Assembly (NCBI GenBank): GCA_002269645.1
Contig: NIVC01000301.1
Span: 542,460 to 606,459 of the forward strand
DNA length: 64,000 nucleotides
Reading direction: 5' to 3'
Origin: Macrostomum lignano
Taxonomy: Eukaryota
Below the pieces are notes generated by a model. It ran no database searches. It saw only the letters and a program-made list of their open reading frames with translations, and was not told the DNA's origin. The translations under genes and the position numbers were made by a program. This document shows positions 50,394 to 63,070 of the stretch, one piece after another (position 1 is the first letter of the stretch; each line of letters begins with the position of its first letter).

Positions 50394-53068
50394 TCAGGTG
50401 GCCCAGGCCTCCAGCTCGCGCATCTCGTCCTCCTCGGACTTCGCTCCGGCCGGCTTTTTAGCGGCTGCGGCTTCCGGCTGGCCGCGCGGGGCGCTCGGCA
50501 GCTCCGGGACGCTGGTGCCGCCAACGTCAAGAAGCTGCTTGTCCAGGTCCTCCTGCTCCAGCTCCTCCAGCTCCGCCAGCAGGTCGTCCTCGTCGACATC
50601 GTGACCGAAGCCGGCGGGACTGCTAATGGCGTCGCTGATCTCCTGGGCGATCTCCTGCTGCTCGTGGATCTCGTCCATCACGTCGTGCACCTGCGGGAGC
50701 GGCAAAGAGCCGGCTGCGATCTGGATCTGCCAACTGAGGGTCTGGATCTGCGAGCTGAGGGTCTGGATCTGCCAGCTGAGGGTCGGGATCTGCCAGCTGA
50801 GGGTCTGGATCTGCCAGCTGGGGGTTTGGATCTGCTAGCTGAGGATTTGGAACTGCTAGCTGAGGGTCTGGATCTGCCAGCTGGGGGTCTGTCTGGATCT
50901 GCAAGCTGAGGGTCTGTCTGGATCTGCAAGCTGATAGTCTGGATCTGCAGCTGAGGGTCTGTCTGATCTGCAAGCTGAGGGTCTGGATCTGCTAGCTGAG
51001 GTCTGTCTGGATCTGCAAGCTGAGAGTCTGGATCTGCCAGCTGAGGGTCTGTCTGGATCTGCAAGCTGAGGGTCTGGATCTGCTAGCTGAGGGTCTGGAT
51101 CTGCCAGCTGGGGGTTTGGATCTGCTAGCTGAGGGTCTGGATCTGCCAACTGAGAGTCTGGATCTGCAAGCTGAGGATTTGGATCTGCTAGCTGAGGGTC
51201 TGGATCTGCAGCTGAGGTCTGGATCTGCCAGCTGAGGGTCTGGATCTGCCAACTGAGAGTCTGGATCTGCAAGCTGAGGATTTGATCTGCTAGCTGAGGG
51301 TCTGGATCTGCCAGCTGAGGGTCTGGATCTGCTCCCGAATGCTGACAGCATTGAATCCTGGCACCAGTATGCAAGTTTATCCTCTAACTTGAACAGAAAA
51401 CACACCTGATCGATATTGAGATCCTGGTGAGCAGATTTTAAGTGACTTGGCGGCCACTTGCATGGCCTTGAGCACTTCGGTGTTGGTGCTGGCGTTCTCT
51501 AGGCCTCACGCTGGAATTCGATGGTGGTCAGGGTGCCGTCGATCTGGGTGAGCTGCTTCTCGTACCGCTTCTTCTGGCCAGAGCTTGCAGGGCCGCTGTG
51601 GTGTTGAGACAAGTTTTTGGCGGATGGTCAGTTTAGTGTGAGAGAGAGGTTGTGAAAAGCATGTCTAGGTCAAGTTTTCTGCATAAGCCCCAAATTAATG
51701 CAGCCATGCATAGAATCAAACCAAGAGATATTGCTCAAGGTCAATCATTATTTAAGAGACTAGGATATAAAATGCAATCATTATTAGTATTAGCTAAAAA
51801 CAGCCTAAATTTATTTATATGTTACTTTATATTTTTTTGCTTTGATTTCATTCTCTTTTCACAAGGTCATTTTTTGTACTATAAGAATTTTTATAATATA
51901 TTAAAAATTAAAGTGTTTGTTTTTTATATATATAGTAAGCCTATGAAAGCATTTCTATAGTCAAAAATACAATAGCATGGGACCTTTAAAATAAAATGCA
52001 TTTGAGGCCAATATTAAAGTCAAGCTTAACCAAGTTAAGTTAATCTCTGCTTATTTTTTATTTTGATTCTATATATAATACTAGTCTTTAGATAACTAGA
52101 TACCCTGGGCTTAATGTTAAATTATGCAAGCTAAGAAAGTATGTATATCTGATTCTAAGTTAGTTAATTTTTTAAATATTAATTTGTAATAAAAAATTAG
52201 CTACCAATGGCAATGCATATTAAATGATTAATTTACTCAGTTATCTAATATTTTTAAACTTAATAAATAAAGAGAACTATTTAGTTGGAGTTAAATTGAA
52301 TAGATAATAAGTAGAACAGAAGGCCTAAATGAATAAAATATGTAAGACAACTAGGAAGGGCTTGAATATAGATAATTAAAAAGGACAAAGGCAAAGCATG
52401 CAACTAAGGAAACAGATAAAATTGAATAGCCTATTATTGATTGGTTTATGAGTATAAACAATAATATTATAAAACCTAATATAATATAATAAATACTCCA
52501 AACTAAATATTAGATTTCAAGAGTCAATCAAAAAGCAGCAAAAGAATGATAAGAAAAACAATTTTGAACTGACAGGAGGAGAGAAAACAGAAAGTCAAAA
52601 CAAAAAATGCATATAAAAAATCAATAGATTATGATGGCCATTATTGGTATAAAAAAAATAGGCCTAACTAACCATCTAAATTAAATTCTAACTAATATAT
52701 ATTTTTATTTTCTTGAAATAACAAGACAAAACATTCATATGAAAAATAAAAATAAAAAATAAATTTACAATAGATTGATCATGTATTTCGCCTAGCCTAT
52801 ACCATGATTGCAGAGCAGTCTGAAATGGAGGTCTTATTAGGCCTATTACTAAGGCAAAGCATAAGCTCAAGGAAAATAAACAATAGCAAATCCACATACC
52901 TCGTTTGTTCTTTGTTCCATGTTTCTTTGCTTGCGTAATTTCTTCGTGAATTTTCTTTTCCAAAAACTGCGACTTTTTATTTAACATTTCTTCTGTGTTT
53001 CGCAACCTCTGGATCGCCTCTTGTGGAGACTCAGACTTCTCCTTCTTCTTTCCGAATAGAAAAGACAT
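50394..53068 (-). CDS. CHMP4B: ESCRT-III subunit CHMP4 (Snf7/shrub); exons 53068-52900, 51595-51406, 50690-50394; exon 2 carries three apparent 1-nt indels
   Basis: SPQEAIQRLRNTEEMLNKKSQFLEKKI...AKKHGTKNKR|AALQAL..KKRYEKQLTQIDGTLTTIEFQREALENA..NTEVL...|VHDVMDEIHEQQEIAQEISDAIS...VDEDDLLAELEELEQE...MRELEAWA. Symbol denotes the CHMP4 family. Confidence 0.9.
50718..51330. repeat. Minisatellite, 21 bp with 29-bp variants (gctgagggtctggatctgcca), ~27 copies, in CHMP4 intron 2
   Basis: Tandem units read directly. Confidence 0.93.
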
Positions 53069-54231
53069 TGTTCTCAACAATAGCTAAATTAACAAAAAGG
53101 ACAACAATTCTGGATGACACAAAACAGCTTAACGAGGCTGGACAACGCCTTGTTTTGCTTTTTGCTTTACTTACAATAAACTCTACAATATAGCAATGCA
53201 ATCTAAAATAGCAGTTAACATAGCAATTTCGAATTAGTGCGTTATATTCATCAGCTAGCTTAACAAAGTTTTTTCCTTTCCTGTCAATATAAGAATAAAT
53301 AATTTTTGAAAAGTGGCAAAAACTATACTTATTTGACAGTTTTTTAGTTTTTTCTTTCTGAGTACCTGTTTTTTCATCCCTGAATATGTTGTTCAGGCTC
53401 TAAAAGTCTTTTAGCCGGATACATTAACTTTTAACTATTTCGTGACTGAACTGAGCAATTTTAGACAAACTATAGAGTAGGACGCTATTATCTGGGAATC
53501 CTACAGATTTTGCAGATTTTCCTGCAGATTTTCCCAACGAATTCCACAACGGACTTGCTATTCCACAATATTCTAATTCTATAATAATTACATCGCTAAA
53601 TTGACTGCTGTGGCGGCCCAATCAGCACGCAGCCAGCGATTGCGAGTACATCTGCACTGAAACCCCCTGCCCGCCAAGCTGGGGGGTGGGTGTACTCGGA
53701 CAGACAGTCAATATGCTTAGTCGGGGGGGGGGGGGTTCGTGCCACCTTTTTGGCGCGCCTCCCCATGTGATCGCGTGCTTATTTATAAAGCTAATAAACT
53801 TTTACTTTTCCCGCTTGCAACTTACTTCGTTTTTCCGCAAACTGCACATGTAGCTACTTGTTGATTTTGTGCGTGTAGCTCGTAGATGTATGAGTTCGAA
53901 TTTTAAGTACTCGTACATGTACATCTAATTATGACAAAAAGATCTTGGAGATCAAAAAATCAGTAATTGCAAGTTGCTCTAAAATATATCCATCCCAGTT
54001 GTCTATTTGCGTGTTTGATTTATTTTATAAAACGCATTTATCCCTATGCAGACCCTGAGTGCAAAAAAATATTTTTCCGCGTTTAGAAATAACAATGTCG
54101 CGCCAAAATTCGATGAAAATTTACTCGGATTCGATCAATTTTATATAGCAAACGGCGTCATTGATTTGTATCAGACCTTGGGTTTGTCTAGAAAAAATTA
54201 TCAACAGGTTTTCTTGTAAGTTTGGTACGAA

Positions 54232-56423
54232 TCAAAATAACGAGCGCATTATCCCCTCAATTCTTCTGCGACAAACCAAGGCATTCGGCTCTGGAGCGAC
54301 CGAACGAGACAGCTCAATGATGGCAAGAGCAACAACTATGCCCATTGAGGTTGCAGCGAATGCGCCGAAGAACACTTTGTCAGTGCCGGTGACGACGGCG
54401 GCCCAGTCTTTGGTCGTTTTCGGTTGGACAGTCATCCGGCTGGGTGATTCCGCTGGGTGCTGCTGCGACTTCGGACTCAGGGTAACAGCTACTGAGCCCT
54501 TTGCACGCAGCTGCCTTTCTGCACAAGCCAGTTGAGGAAGAGAGCGCGGATCAGCTGGTTGCTGACGCGAGCGCTGCTGTGCTGCTTAAAGTGGCAGCTG
54601 ATGACGAATGCGTTGCAGAGGACGTTTAGAATCGTCATGAGCACGGCCAAACTGAAGTATAGGGCTGCAATTACATGTTAATGATTACCGTTTGTTCCTG
54701 ATGGGACAAATTTTATAACGCACATTACGTGACTCACCGATGAGCGGCATGGACTCGCTCTGCGTGGGCGTGTAGTTGCCAACCAGCTGCAGGAACACGC
54801 ACATGGACAGCACGATGGTGATGCTGAAGGAGACTCGCTCGCCGCACTCGAGTGGCATGCGGAAGGCGAGCGCAGAGATGGCGAGGAGAAGGATGCTGGG
54901 CAGCATCAGGTTCACCACGTAGAATGTCGGCATCCTCTGAAAAAAATTGTTTCCCTGCGCTCAATCGGTGAATTTGAGTCCCCACTTACACCCGATGAGG
55001 AAATCTTACACTGAACGATACTTTCAGTGCCGCAGCTTCAACTGTGATTTCTCCTCGCCAGACCAGCTTCGCATCCGTGATGGAGAACTCGTTGCTCTTG
55101 GAAATCTCGTTAGTTAGCGTCAGGTTTAGAAAGAAGTCCTTTGTGCGCAACTTGATCGCGCTGCTGGGCTAAAATGAGCTACCAATCTGGACCTCGCAGG
55201 TCTGGACATCATACGAGAAGCCGAACATGTGCATGCAGCACTTCGATGTCACGACTAGCTGGGTGCCGCGAACCACCCAGACTGAACTTTGCAGCACCAC
55301 GATAACTCGCTCGTCGGAGACTCGCTTGTAGCTTAATCTGTAGTGGGAAAAAGTCTTTTATAGTATCCTATGCTTTAGTATATTTATTAACAGCGTAGTA
55401 TGATTTCTCGAAAGTTTCATACACATCATAAAATGAGACATCGGGCTGCCAAAGCAGGTCTGCTGGGAGGAAAATCATGTCAGTGCCATCCAGACTGGAG
55501 TTGAATCGACCCAGCCAGCTGAAAGGCGGCTGTCCTTCCAATACTTAAATGGTACGTGAATTATTCAAAGGGGTAATTGATTGACAAAAATCAGTATTAC
55601 TCGTAAAAGAACACGATCTCCTGAGCTGCAGAGTCCTAAAATGATTGCGATGCAAAGTTTTAATTCAGAGACCAACAGACACAGGCTCCGCGAGGACCTG
55701 GTATTGACCTTCAACCGAAAGTCCTAATCAGTCTTACCACTTTAATACGGCTGCTCAGGTGCACGAAAACGCTGACCGTATTGGCTGTCCCATTGTCTGG
55801 CGGAGGCCGGATGGCGCTGTTGTACTCTGAGGCGAGCTTCAGCGCTGCCACCACCTCGGCGTCGGGCGATGCGGGCGAAGCAGAGGCGGCCGCATGGCTC
55901 CATGGCTCCTTCGATTGGTTGGACTCAGAGAGGGAATTAATAGATTGCCGCAGGCTTTTAAACGGCAATGCAGAAATATTTGCAGTTGAGGTGAGCATCC
56001 CCAGTGAGACTCTTCTGGCAGCAGCTGTGGCATCGAATTTCTCGACAAGAATCCTTGTTCTGCTCTCAGTGTTGTTTGCATAGCTCGAACGGGTCTGTTT
56101 GCTGCTCTCTTATGCTTGTCGAGCCATGCAAAGTCTCGCGGGCGAGTCGCTTTCTTAGCGTGTATCGCCCTTGTCCTCTTGACAGGAGAAGCCATTCTAA
56201 TCCAAAAAGTGCGACTGATATTCAGAGGGAGACAGCACTGTAAAAATATCCTAATGACACTACTGGAAGAAGTAAGGCTTGAATGAAACTGTGTAGATTG
56301 AGAGTATGGCAGACAGTTTAAATGCATACAAAACGCATTTACTTTTCCGTGGTAGCTCAACTCCGTGAATACGAGTAAGATTGTGCAGGACAGAAAGAAA
56401 CTCAAGCTGAGAAGTTTTGGCAT
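54232..56423 (-). pseudogene. Divergent nicotinic-acetylcholine-receptor-like Cys-loop subunit (non-alpha), disrupted as assembled; 5' exon assignment tentative
   Basis: YNSAIRP, YWKDSRL, LWQPDV, Cys loop CCMHMFGFSYDVQTC, TM1-2 PTFYVVNLMLPS...CGERVSFSITIVLS, TM3 LYFSLAVLMTILNV, TM4 DWAAVVTGTDKVFF. In-frame TAG at 55171-55169; frameshifts near 55525 and 54515; no vicinal Cys in loop C. Confidence 0.8.
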
Positions 56424-56959
56424 ACAAAGCAACCCAGCCCTAAAAATAAGTGCTGCGCAAGAGTTGAAAACAAATTCTAAAGATGCGCGCCTGCCTGACG
56501 CTCCCAACTCTGCCTCTCGTGTTTATAGCCCAGCCCTCTGTCCGCACTATAGCTTGGCCGACGATAAAGCATCGCCTTTTTTAACGAGTTTTTTTCGAGC
56601 TCTTCAGAGCTCTAGGGGCTCTGTTTGCTGTGACTACCTACGCTGGCACACTGTAGATAGCCTGCACTGCTCGGGCAATGTGTCAGTAGGCATTGTGTAG
56701 CGAGCGCTGGGCCCGGCCCCACAAATGAGAGGGAAGGGTGTTGTGCTGCTTCGATGCATTCGGAGCCCAAGTGTGCATGGCAGCTGCAAAAACGCGTAAA
56801 CACAAACAGACAAAAACTGCTTTTGACAACTGGTACAGTATATAATAAGGCTCATTTGAGCACTCGGCCCTGACAATCGGCTGCTTGGACAGGACAAACT
56901 CAACTCTACTGACATCTCAATTACCTAATAGAAGAAGACTAACCAACTATAAACTTGAA

Positions 56960-57455
56960 ATGTCTTCCCAGAAAACAAAGAAGTCTGTCAAAGATCTCGA
57001 CATGAACCGGCGAGATCCGCAGGACGTGAACATCCACCTGCAGGTGAGTGAATCGAGTCAAGCACGAGAATGATTAGAAATCCGAGGAGTGCAATAAATC
57101 ACTGCCGATTTGTTCACACAAGGTGGAGTTCGATGACATCCTGGCCGAGCCCGAGGGCGCCTACTCAATCAACTGCGTCTGGCGCTGCTCGTACCGCTGC
57201 TACGAGTGCTGGAAGAACTGCTGGTACCGGACCCTCACTCTGCTCTGCGGCTGCTGCATCGCCGCCATGTGGGGCTGCCACTTCGCCGAGTTGGCCTTCT
57301 GCCACGTCTGGTGCTGCACGCCGTACCTGAAGAGCTACATCATGGACATCAAGATCATTCGCGAGATGAACGCGGCCTGCTACGACGCCTGCCTTGGCAC
57401 CTGTTGCTCAGCCTGCGGCAACTGTTTCAGCAGAATCCGAGTGCAGCAGAACTGA
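56960..57455 (+). CDS. CAV1: Caveolin, copy A, 138 aa; exons 56960-57043 and 57123-57455
   Basis: RDPQDVNIHLQ|VEFDDILAEPEGAYS..VW caveolin signature; GT-AG intron, phase 0; TATATAA at 56839. Symbol denotes the family. Confidence 0.92.
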
Positions 57456-57942
57456 TGTTGGCGATCTCGTGAACAGTTTAACCAGTTCCAGCTGTCCCTC
57501 TTCTGTTATGGTGGGCAGTGAAAGCTCGAGACTGAAGGCTAACCTGCGTATAGCTGGCATCCTAAAATACCTACTAACACTTTTCTATTACTTACTCTAC
57601 AACAAGAAACTACGAGCGGATAATCATTTCTACGAATTTAACCCTGTCTAGCGAGAAGTTGTGTACAAAACAATTTCAATTTGTTTTTATAAATATAGCT
57701 GGAACTATAGGCGATACTAACCGAATTATTATTTATATTATATTACTTTAACTTATCCGAGGCAAGGTGAAATACATTGACTTTTTTGGGTGTATTAACC
57801 CGTGATCGCATCTTGTTGAAAACTTTCTGCAACTGCAACAGAGTATCACTTTAAGATCGCTCTCGTTTAGAAGGATGAATAAAACTTATTGATAGATTGA
57901 ATTAAAATACTAAGATTTTATTAAGCGACTTGTAAATAACTC

Positions 57943-59445
57943 GTGGATCAAGGTCTCAATGCACATTGCCTCGACCCGGATCATCTGCAATGCACACTGC
58001 CTCAACCCGGATCATCTGCAATGCACACTGCCCCAACCCGGATCATCTGCAATACACACTGCCCCAACCCCAATCACCTGCAATACACACTGCCCCAACC
58101 CGGATCATCTGCAATGCACACTGCCTCAACCCGGATCATCTGCAATGCACACTGCCCCAACCCGGATCATCTGCAATGCACACTGCCCCAACCCGGATCA
58201 TCTGCAATGCACACTGCCCCAACCCGGATCATCTGCAATGCACACTGCCCCAACCCGGATCATCTGCAATGCACACTGCCCCAACCCGGATCATCTGCAA
58301 TGCACACTGCCCCAACCCGAATCATCTGCAGTGCACACTGCCCCAACCCGGATCATCTGCAATGCACACTGCCCCAACCCGGATCATCTGCAATGCACAC
58401 TGCCCCAACCCGGATCATCTGCAATGTACACTGCCCCAACCCGAATCATCTGCAGTGCACACTGCCCCAACCCGGATCATCTGCAATGCACACTGCCCCA
58501 ACCCGGATCATCTGCAATGTACACTGCCCCAACCCGGATCATCTGCAATGTACACTGCCCCAACCCGGATCATCTGCAATGCACACTGCCCCAACCCGGA
58601 TCATCTGCAATGCACACTGCCCCAACCCGGATCATCTGCAATGCACACTGCCCCAACCCGGATCATCTGCAATGCACACTGCCCCAACCCGAATCATCTG
58701 CAGTGCACACTGCCCCAACCCGGATCATCTGCAATGCACACTGCCCCAACCCGGATCATCTGCAATGCACACTGCCCCAACCCGGATCATCTGCAATGTA
58801 CACTGCCCCAACCCGAATCATCTGCAGTGCACACTGCCCCAACCCGGATCATCTGCAATACACACTGCCCCAACCCGGATCATCTGCAATGCACACTGCC
58901 CCAACCCCAATCACCTGCAATGCACACTGCCCCAACCCGGATCATCTGCAATGCACACTGCCCCAACCCGGATCATCTGCAATGTACACTGCCCCAACCC
59001 GGATCATCTGCAATGCACACTGCCCCAACCCGGATCATCTGCAATGTACACTGCCCCAACCCGGATCATCTGCATTGTACACTGCCCCAACCCGGATCAT
59101 CTGCAATGCACACTGCCTCAACCCGGATCATCTGCAATGCACACTGCCCCAACCCGGATCATCTGCAATGCACACTGCCCCAACCCGGATCATCTGCAAT
59201 GCACACTGCCTCAACCCGGATCATCTGCAATGCACACTGCCCCAACCCGGATCATCTGCAATGCACACTGCCCCAACCCGGATCATCTGCAATGTACACT
59301 GCCCCAACCCGGATCATCTGCATTGTACACTGCCCCAACCCGGATCATCTGCAATGCACACTGCCTCAACCCGGATCATCTGCAGTGCACACTGCCCCAA
59401 CCCGAATCATCTGCAGTGCACACTGCCCCAACCCGAATCATCTAG
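57943..59445. repeat. Minisatellite, 31 bp (cccaacccggatcatctgcaatgcacactgc), ~48 copies, between the two caveolins
   Basis: Tandem units; accounts for three ~500-aa spurious ORFs. Confidence 0.97.
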
Positions 59446-59781
59446 ATCGAGTGTTCAAATTTCAAAGCAAGCACCCTCTCTGAGCTTGCATGAAATTTAA
59501 TGATACGTGAAGTACAAATTGCCGTACTTAGCTATAGGTTGGGTACTCGATCTTGAAAGTATAAAAAATTTATTTTGTGCACAGAAATCCGCTGGCTCAG
59601 AGTGCCACTAAAGCACGGGCGCGATTGTCAGGTGCAGATTAAGATGGCAGTAAAAAAACAATTTTTAAGAATAGATTTGAGAGATTTGGTCATTCGCGGT
59701 GCAGGCTATGCAGCTTATTTTAACAACAGCGGGTCAGCTGGAATGTTCAATGGTGAATTTTGCACAAAACGTCAGAGACCA

Positions 59782-60261
59782 TCAGTTCTGCTGCACTCGG
59801 ACTCTGCTCAAAAAGTTGCCGCAGGCTGAGCAACAGGTGCCAAGGCAGGCGTCGTAGCAGGCCGTGTTGATCTCGCGGACGATCTTGATGTTCATGATGT
59901 AGCTCTTCAGGTGCGGCGTGCAGCACCAGACGTGGCAGAAGGCCATCTCGGCGAAGTGGCAGCCCCACATGGCGGCGATGCAGCAGCCGCAGAGCAGAGT
60001 GAGGGTCCGGTACCAGCAGTTCTTCCAGCACTCGTAGCAGCGGTATGAGCAGCGCCAGATGCAGTCGATGGAATGCGCGCCCTCCGGCTCGGCGAGGACG
60101 TCATCGAATTCCACCTGCAATTGAAGCGTTTGTTAAACTGTTTGTGTCCAATAAATCTTTTGATACTCCCCCCGATTTTCGCCACTCGCCTGCAGGTGGA
60201 TGTTCACGTCCTGCGGATCCCGCCGGTCCATGTCGAGATTCTTCTTCTCCTTCGAAGACAT
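59782..60261 (-). CDS. CAV1: Caveolin, copy B, 134 aa; exons 60261-60190 and 60114-59782, joined by a GC-AG intron
   Basis: MSSKEKKNLDMDRRDPQDVNIHLQ|gcgagt...ttgcag|VEFDDVLAEPEG; 97/110 aa identical to copy A in exon 2. Confidence 0.9.
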
Positions 60262-60829
60262 GCTGGAGTTTTGGGTAGCAGTTGTAAACTAACGAGCTTC
60301 TTCGGCGCTTTGAGCACTCGGTTTGAGAAGAGACTCGGTGCTCTGGCTGCTGAGTTTGTGCCCCCTAATATCATAGAAGAGCACACTCTGTCTTGCAAAG
60401 GAGTGGGGCAGGGCCAGAACTATTGTTTACCCCCAGCCTCCTGCTGTATCCATAGCAAAATAGTGCGGCTCAGTCGATGGGTAGGAGGCTCACAGCAGCC
60501 CTCACACTTCTCTTCTTTGCAACGCTCGCTCTCAAGCCAGTCTCAAGTCCCACGACCTCCTGCTATCACTTTTAGACGCTTTAGTAAAGAAAAAAACATT
60601 TTATTACTCTACAGCTGACAGGGTCGCCATTTTTTAATGCTCGGTGGCAAGAGCAGCGCGCAGTCTGCTCTCAGGCCAGCGGGTGGTCAGGAAAACTAGT
60701 CGCAAGATGAAGATGCTCGGTGCGCCCGAACTATACTGTAGATACTGTACGAAGCACTCAAGTGCTCTTTCACATTCTAAACCAATTGTAAACAAGTTGT
60801 TATGCTTACCTGTAAGCTCCATTTTTCTG

Positions 60830-61240
60830 CTTCTTCATCAGTCTGCTTCTTCATCAATCTGCTTCTTCATTAATCTGCTTCTTCATTAATCTGCTTCTTC
60901 ATTAATCTGCTTCTTCATCAATCTGCTTCTTCATCAATCTGCTTCTTCATCAATCTGCTTCTTCATCAATCTGCTTCTTCATCAATCTGCTTCTTCATCA
61001 ATCTGCTTCTTCATCAATCTGCTTCTTCATCAATCTGCTTCTTCATTAATCTGCTTCTTCATTAATCTGCTTCTTCATCAATCTGCTTCTTCATCAATCT
61101 GCTTCTTCATCAGTCTGCTTCTTCACCAATCTGCTTCTTCACCAGTCTGCTTCTTCACCAGTCTGCTTCTTCACCAGTCTGCTTCTTCACCAGTCTGCTT
61201 CTTCACCAGTCTGCTTCTTCACCAATCTGCTTCTTCATCA
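60830..61240. repeat. Minisatellite, 16 bp (aatctgcttcttcatc), ~25 copies
   Basis: Tandem units read directly. Confidence 0.95.
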
Positions 61241-61649
61241 GTCTTGAACGGGCAAAGTCTATGCCATGCTTTCTTAACCTCGCATATGTAGCAAATCTCG
61301 TTTTGTTTGACTAAAGACTCATTAAACTGTCAAAAGCGACACTGGTTTTATTGATCAAGGAGGGACTCCTCAAAGGTGCAAAGGCGCTCTGGTTTCCAAT
61401 TAAAGACATTTATAAAGCACTGCATTCCAAAATCACAAATTAAGCCTAGCAAGAACGCAATTGCAACAGATTGCAAATCTGGTGCTATCGGCTGCGCACT
61501 AAGAATGAATTAAGTCCAAGTGTAATTGCTTTGATAAGGAAAGTAGTCAACTAAAGGCTATAAAGCATTAGAGGTTGTTCGACTGGTTAATTTTATTTCT
61601 GAATAATGTATAGCTATAAAGACAGCCTGTTGTCAGGAGTGTCCGGCAT

Positions 61650-62075
61650 CTACCAGCCGTCAATGCAGCCCACATTGCCAGCCTGCACGTCGTTCCTGGC
61701 GTTCTTCTGCAGCACTTTGCCCTCCTCGTCAACCACCACCAGGCAGGGGATGCCGCTGACGCCGTACTGCTCGGAGAGGCCCTTGCGCTCCTCGGCGTCG
61801 AAGGGCACCACATAGTAGTCTCCGTGCGACTCGTTCATGTAGCTCCACATGGAGGCCTCGTCGCGGTCGCACGACACGAACACGCACTCCACGGCCTTGT
61901 TGGCAGCCTTGGCCTCGGCGTAGAACTTGGCCAGCACCGGGGTGAAGCTGCGGCAAGGCGGGCACCAGTGCGCGGAGAAGTACAGCATGATCTTCTTGCC
62001 CGGTAGCAGATCTTTGCCGGAGAATTCCTTCTTCTCCTTGTTCAGCAGCGTCAGGTCGATGGGCTTGATCGGCAT
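61650..62075 (-). CDS. Nucleoredoxin/tryparedoxin-like thioredoxin, 141 aa
   Basis: LYFSAHWCPPCRSFTPVL...VFVSCDRDE...YGVSGIPCLVVVDEEG is typical of WCPPC thioredoxin-like proteins. Confidence 0.92.
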   Translation of the reverse strand: MPIKPIDLTLLNKEKKEFSGKDLLPGKKIMLYFSAHWCPPCRSFTPVLAKFYAEAKAANKAVECVFVSCDRDEASMWSYMNESHGDYYVVPFDAEERKGLSEQYGVSGIPCLVVVDEEGKVLQKNARNDVQAGNVGCIDGW

Positions 62076-62589
62076 CCTGTTTGAGCGGATTTCCAGGCTT
62101 TTCAGGGAGGCAGGTGAGGAGCAGGAGAGATGCCAAGGCGGCTGTGTCCAGTCCCGACAGTTCAACAATATATTATGCCAGACAAGCGAGGGAAGAGTTG
62201 CCATTGGTAACAAACTGCCGAGAGGGGTATGCAGGCTGTACGCCAAATGTACATTTGGACTGATGGGGGAGAGGGGAGGGACAGAGAATGCAGAGTACGT
62301 ACTGCAGTTTTCACGCACTCCGGTGTCGAGTGGCCTGCGCGCACTGGTCGGTCCAGTAGGGGGGGTAGAATGAGCTGCAGTCTCATGGGAAGAGAATTTT
62401 TTCTCCCAAGAGAGAATCAAATCGATTTCCAAAGCACATCGCAATGCACTGCAATACATGTATTTTAACAAATGGAAAATTCCACAAAGCGACGTGGCTA
62501 GATCGTGTCGCCATCATGAGTCACTGAACTGGGATTTTTTTATTGCATGCGTTTGTGCAAAATATTACATGCACTTTTAATCAACTTCG

Positions 62590-63070
62590 GCCCGACCACA
62601 GACTACAGAAATGAATTTATTCCCCACATAGGCCTGGCCATAAACTACGGAAACGAATTTATTCCCCACATGGACCCGGCCATAGACTACAGAAACGAAT
62701 TTATTCCCCACATAGTCCCGGCCATAGACTACAGAAACGAATTTATTCCCCACATAGTCCCGGCCATAGACTACAGAAACGAATTTATTCCCCACATAGT
62801 CCCGGCCATAGACTACAGAAACGAATTTATTCCCCACATAGTCCCGGCCATAGACTACAGAAACGAATTTATTCCCCACATAGGCCCGGCCATAGACTAC
62901 AGAAACGAATTTATTCCCCACATAGGCCCGGCCATAGACTACAGAAACGAATTTATTCCCCACATAGTCCCGGCCATAGACTACAGAAACGAATTTATTC
63001 CCCACATAGGCCCGGCCATAGACTACAGAAATGAATTTATTCCCCACATAGACCTGTGCATAGATTACAG
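62590..63070. repeat. Minisatellite, 42 bp (atagactacagaaacgaatttattccccacatagtcccggcc), ~11 copies
   Basis: Tandem units read directly. Confidence 0.95.

Noticed and set aside
57943-59500. Three ~500-aa Cys/His-rich ORFs resembling metal-binding repeat proteins
   Set aside because: The 31-bp unit cycles through all three frames and gives the same 31-aa period; no gene structure
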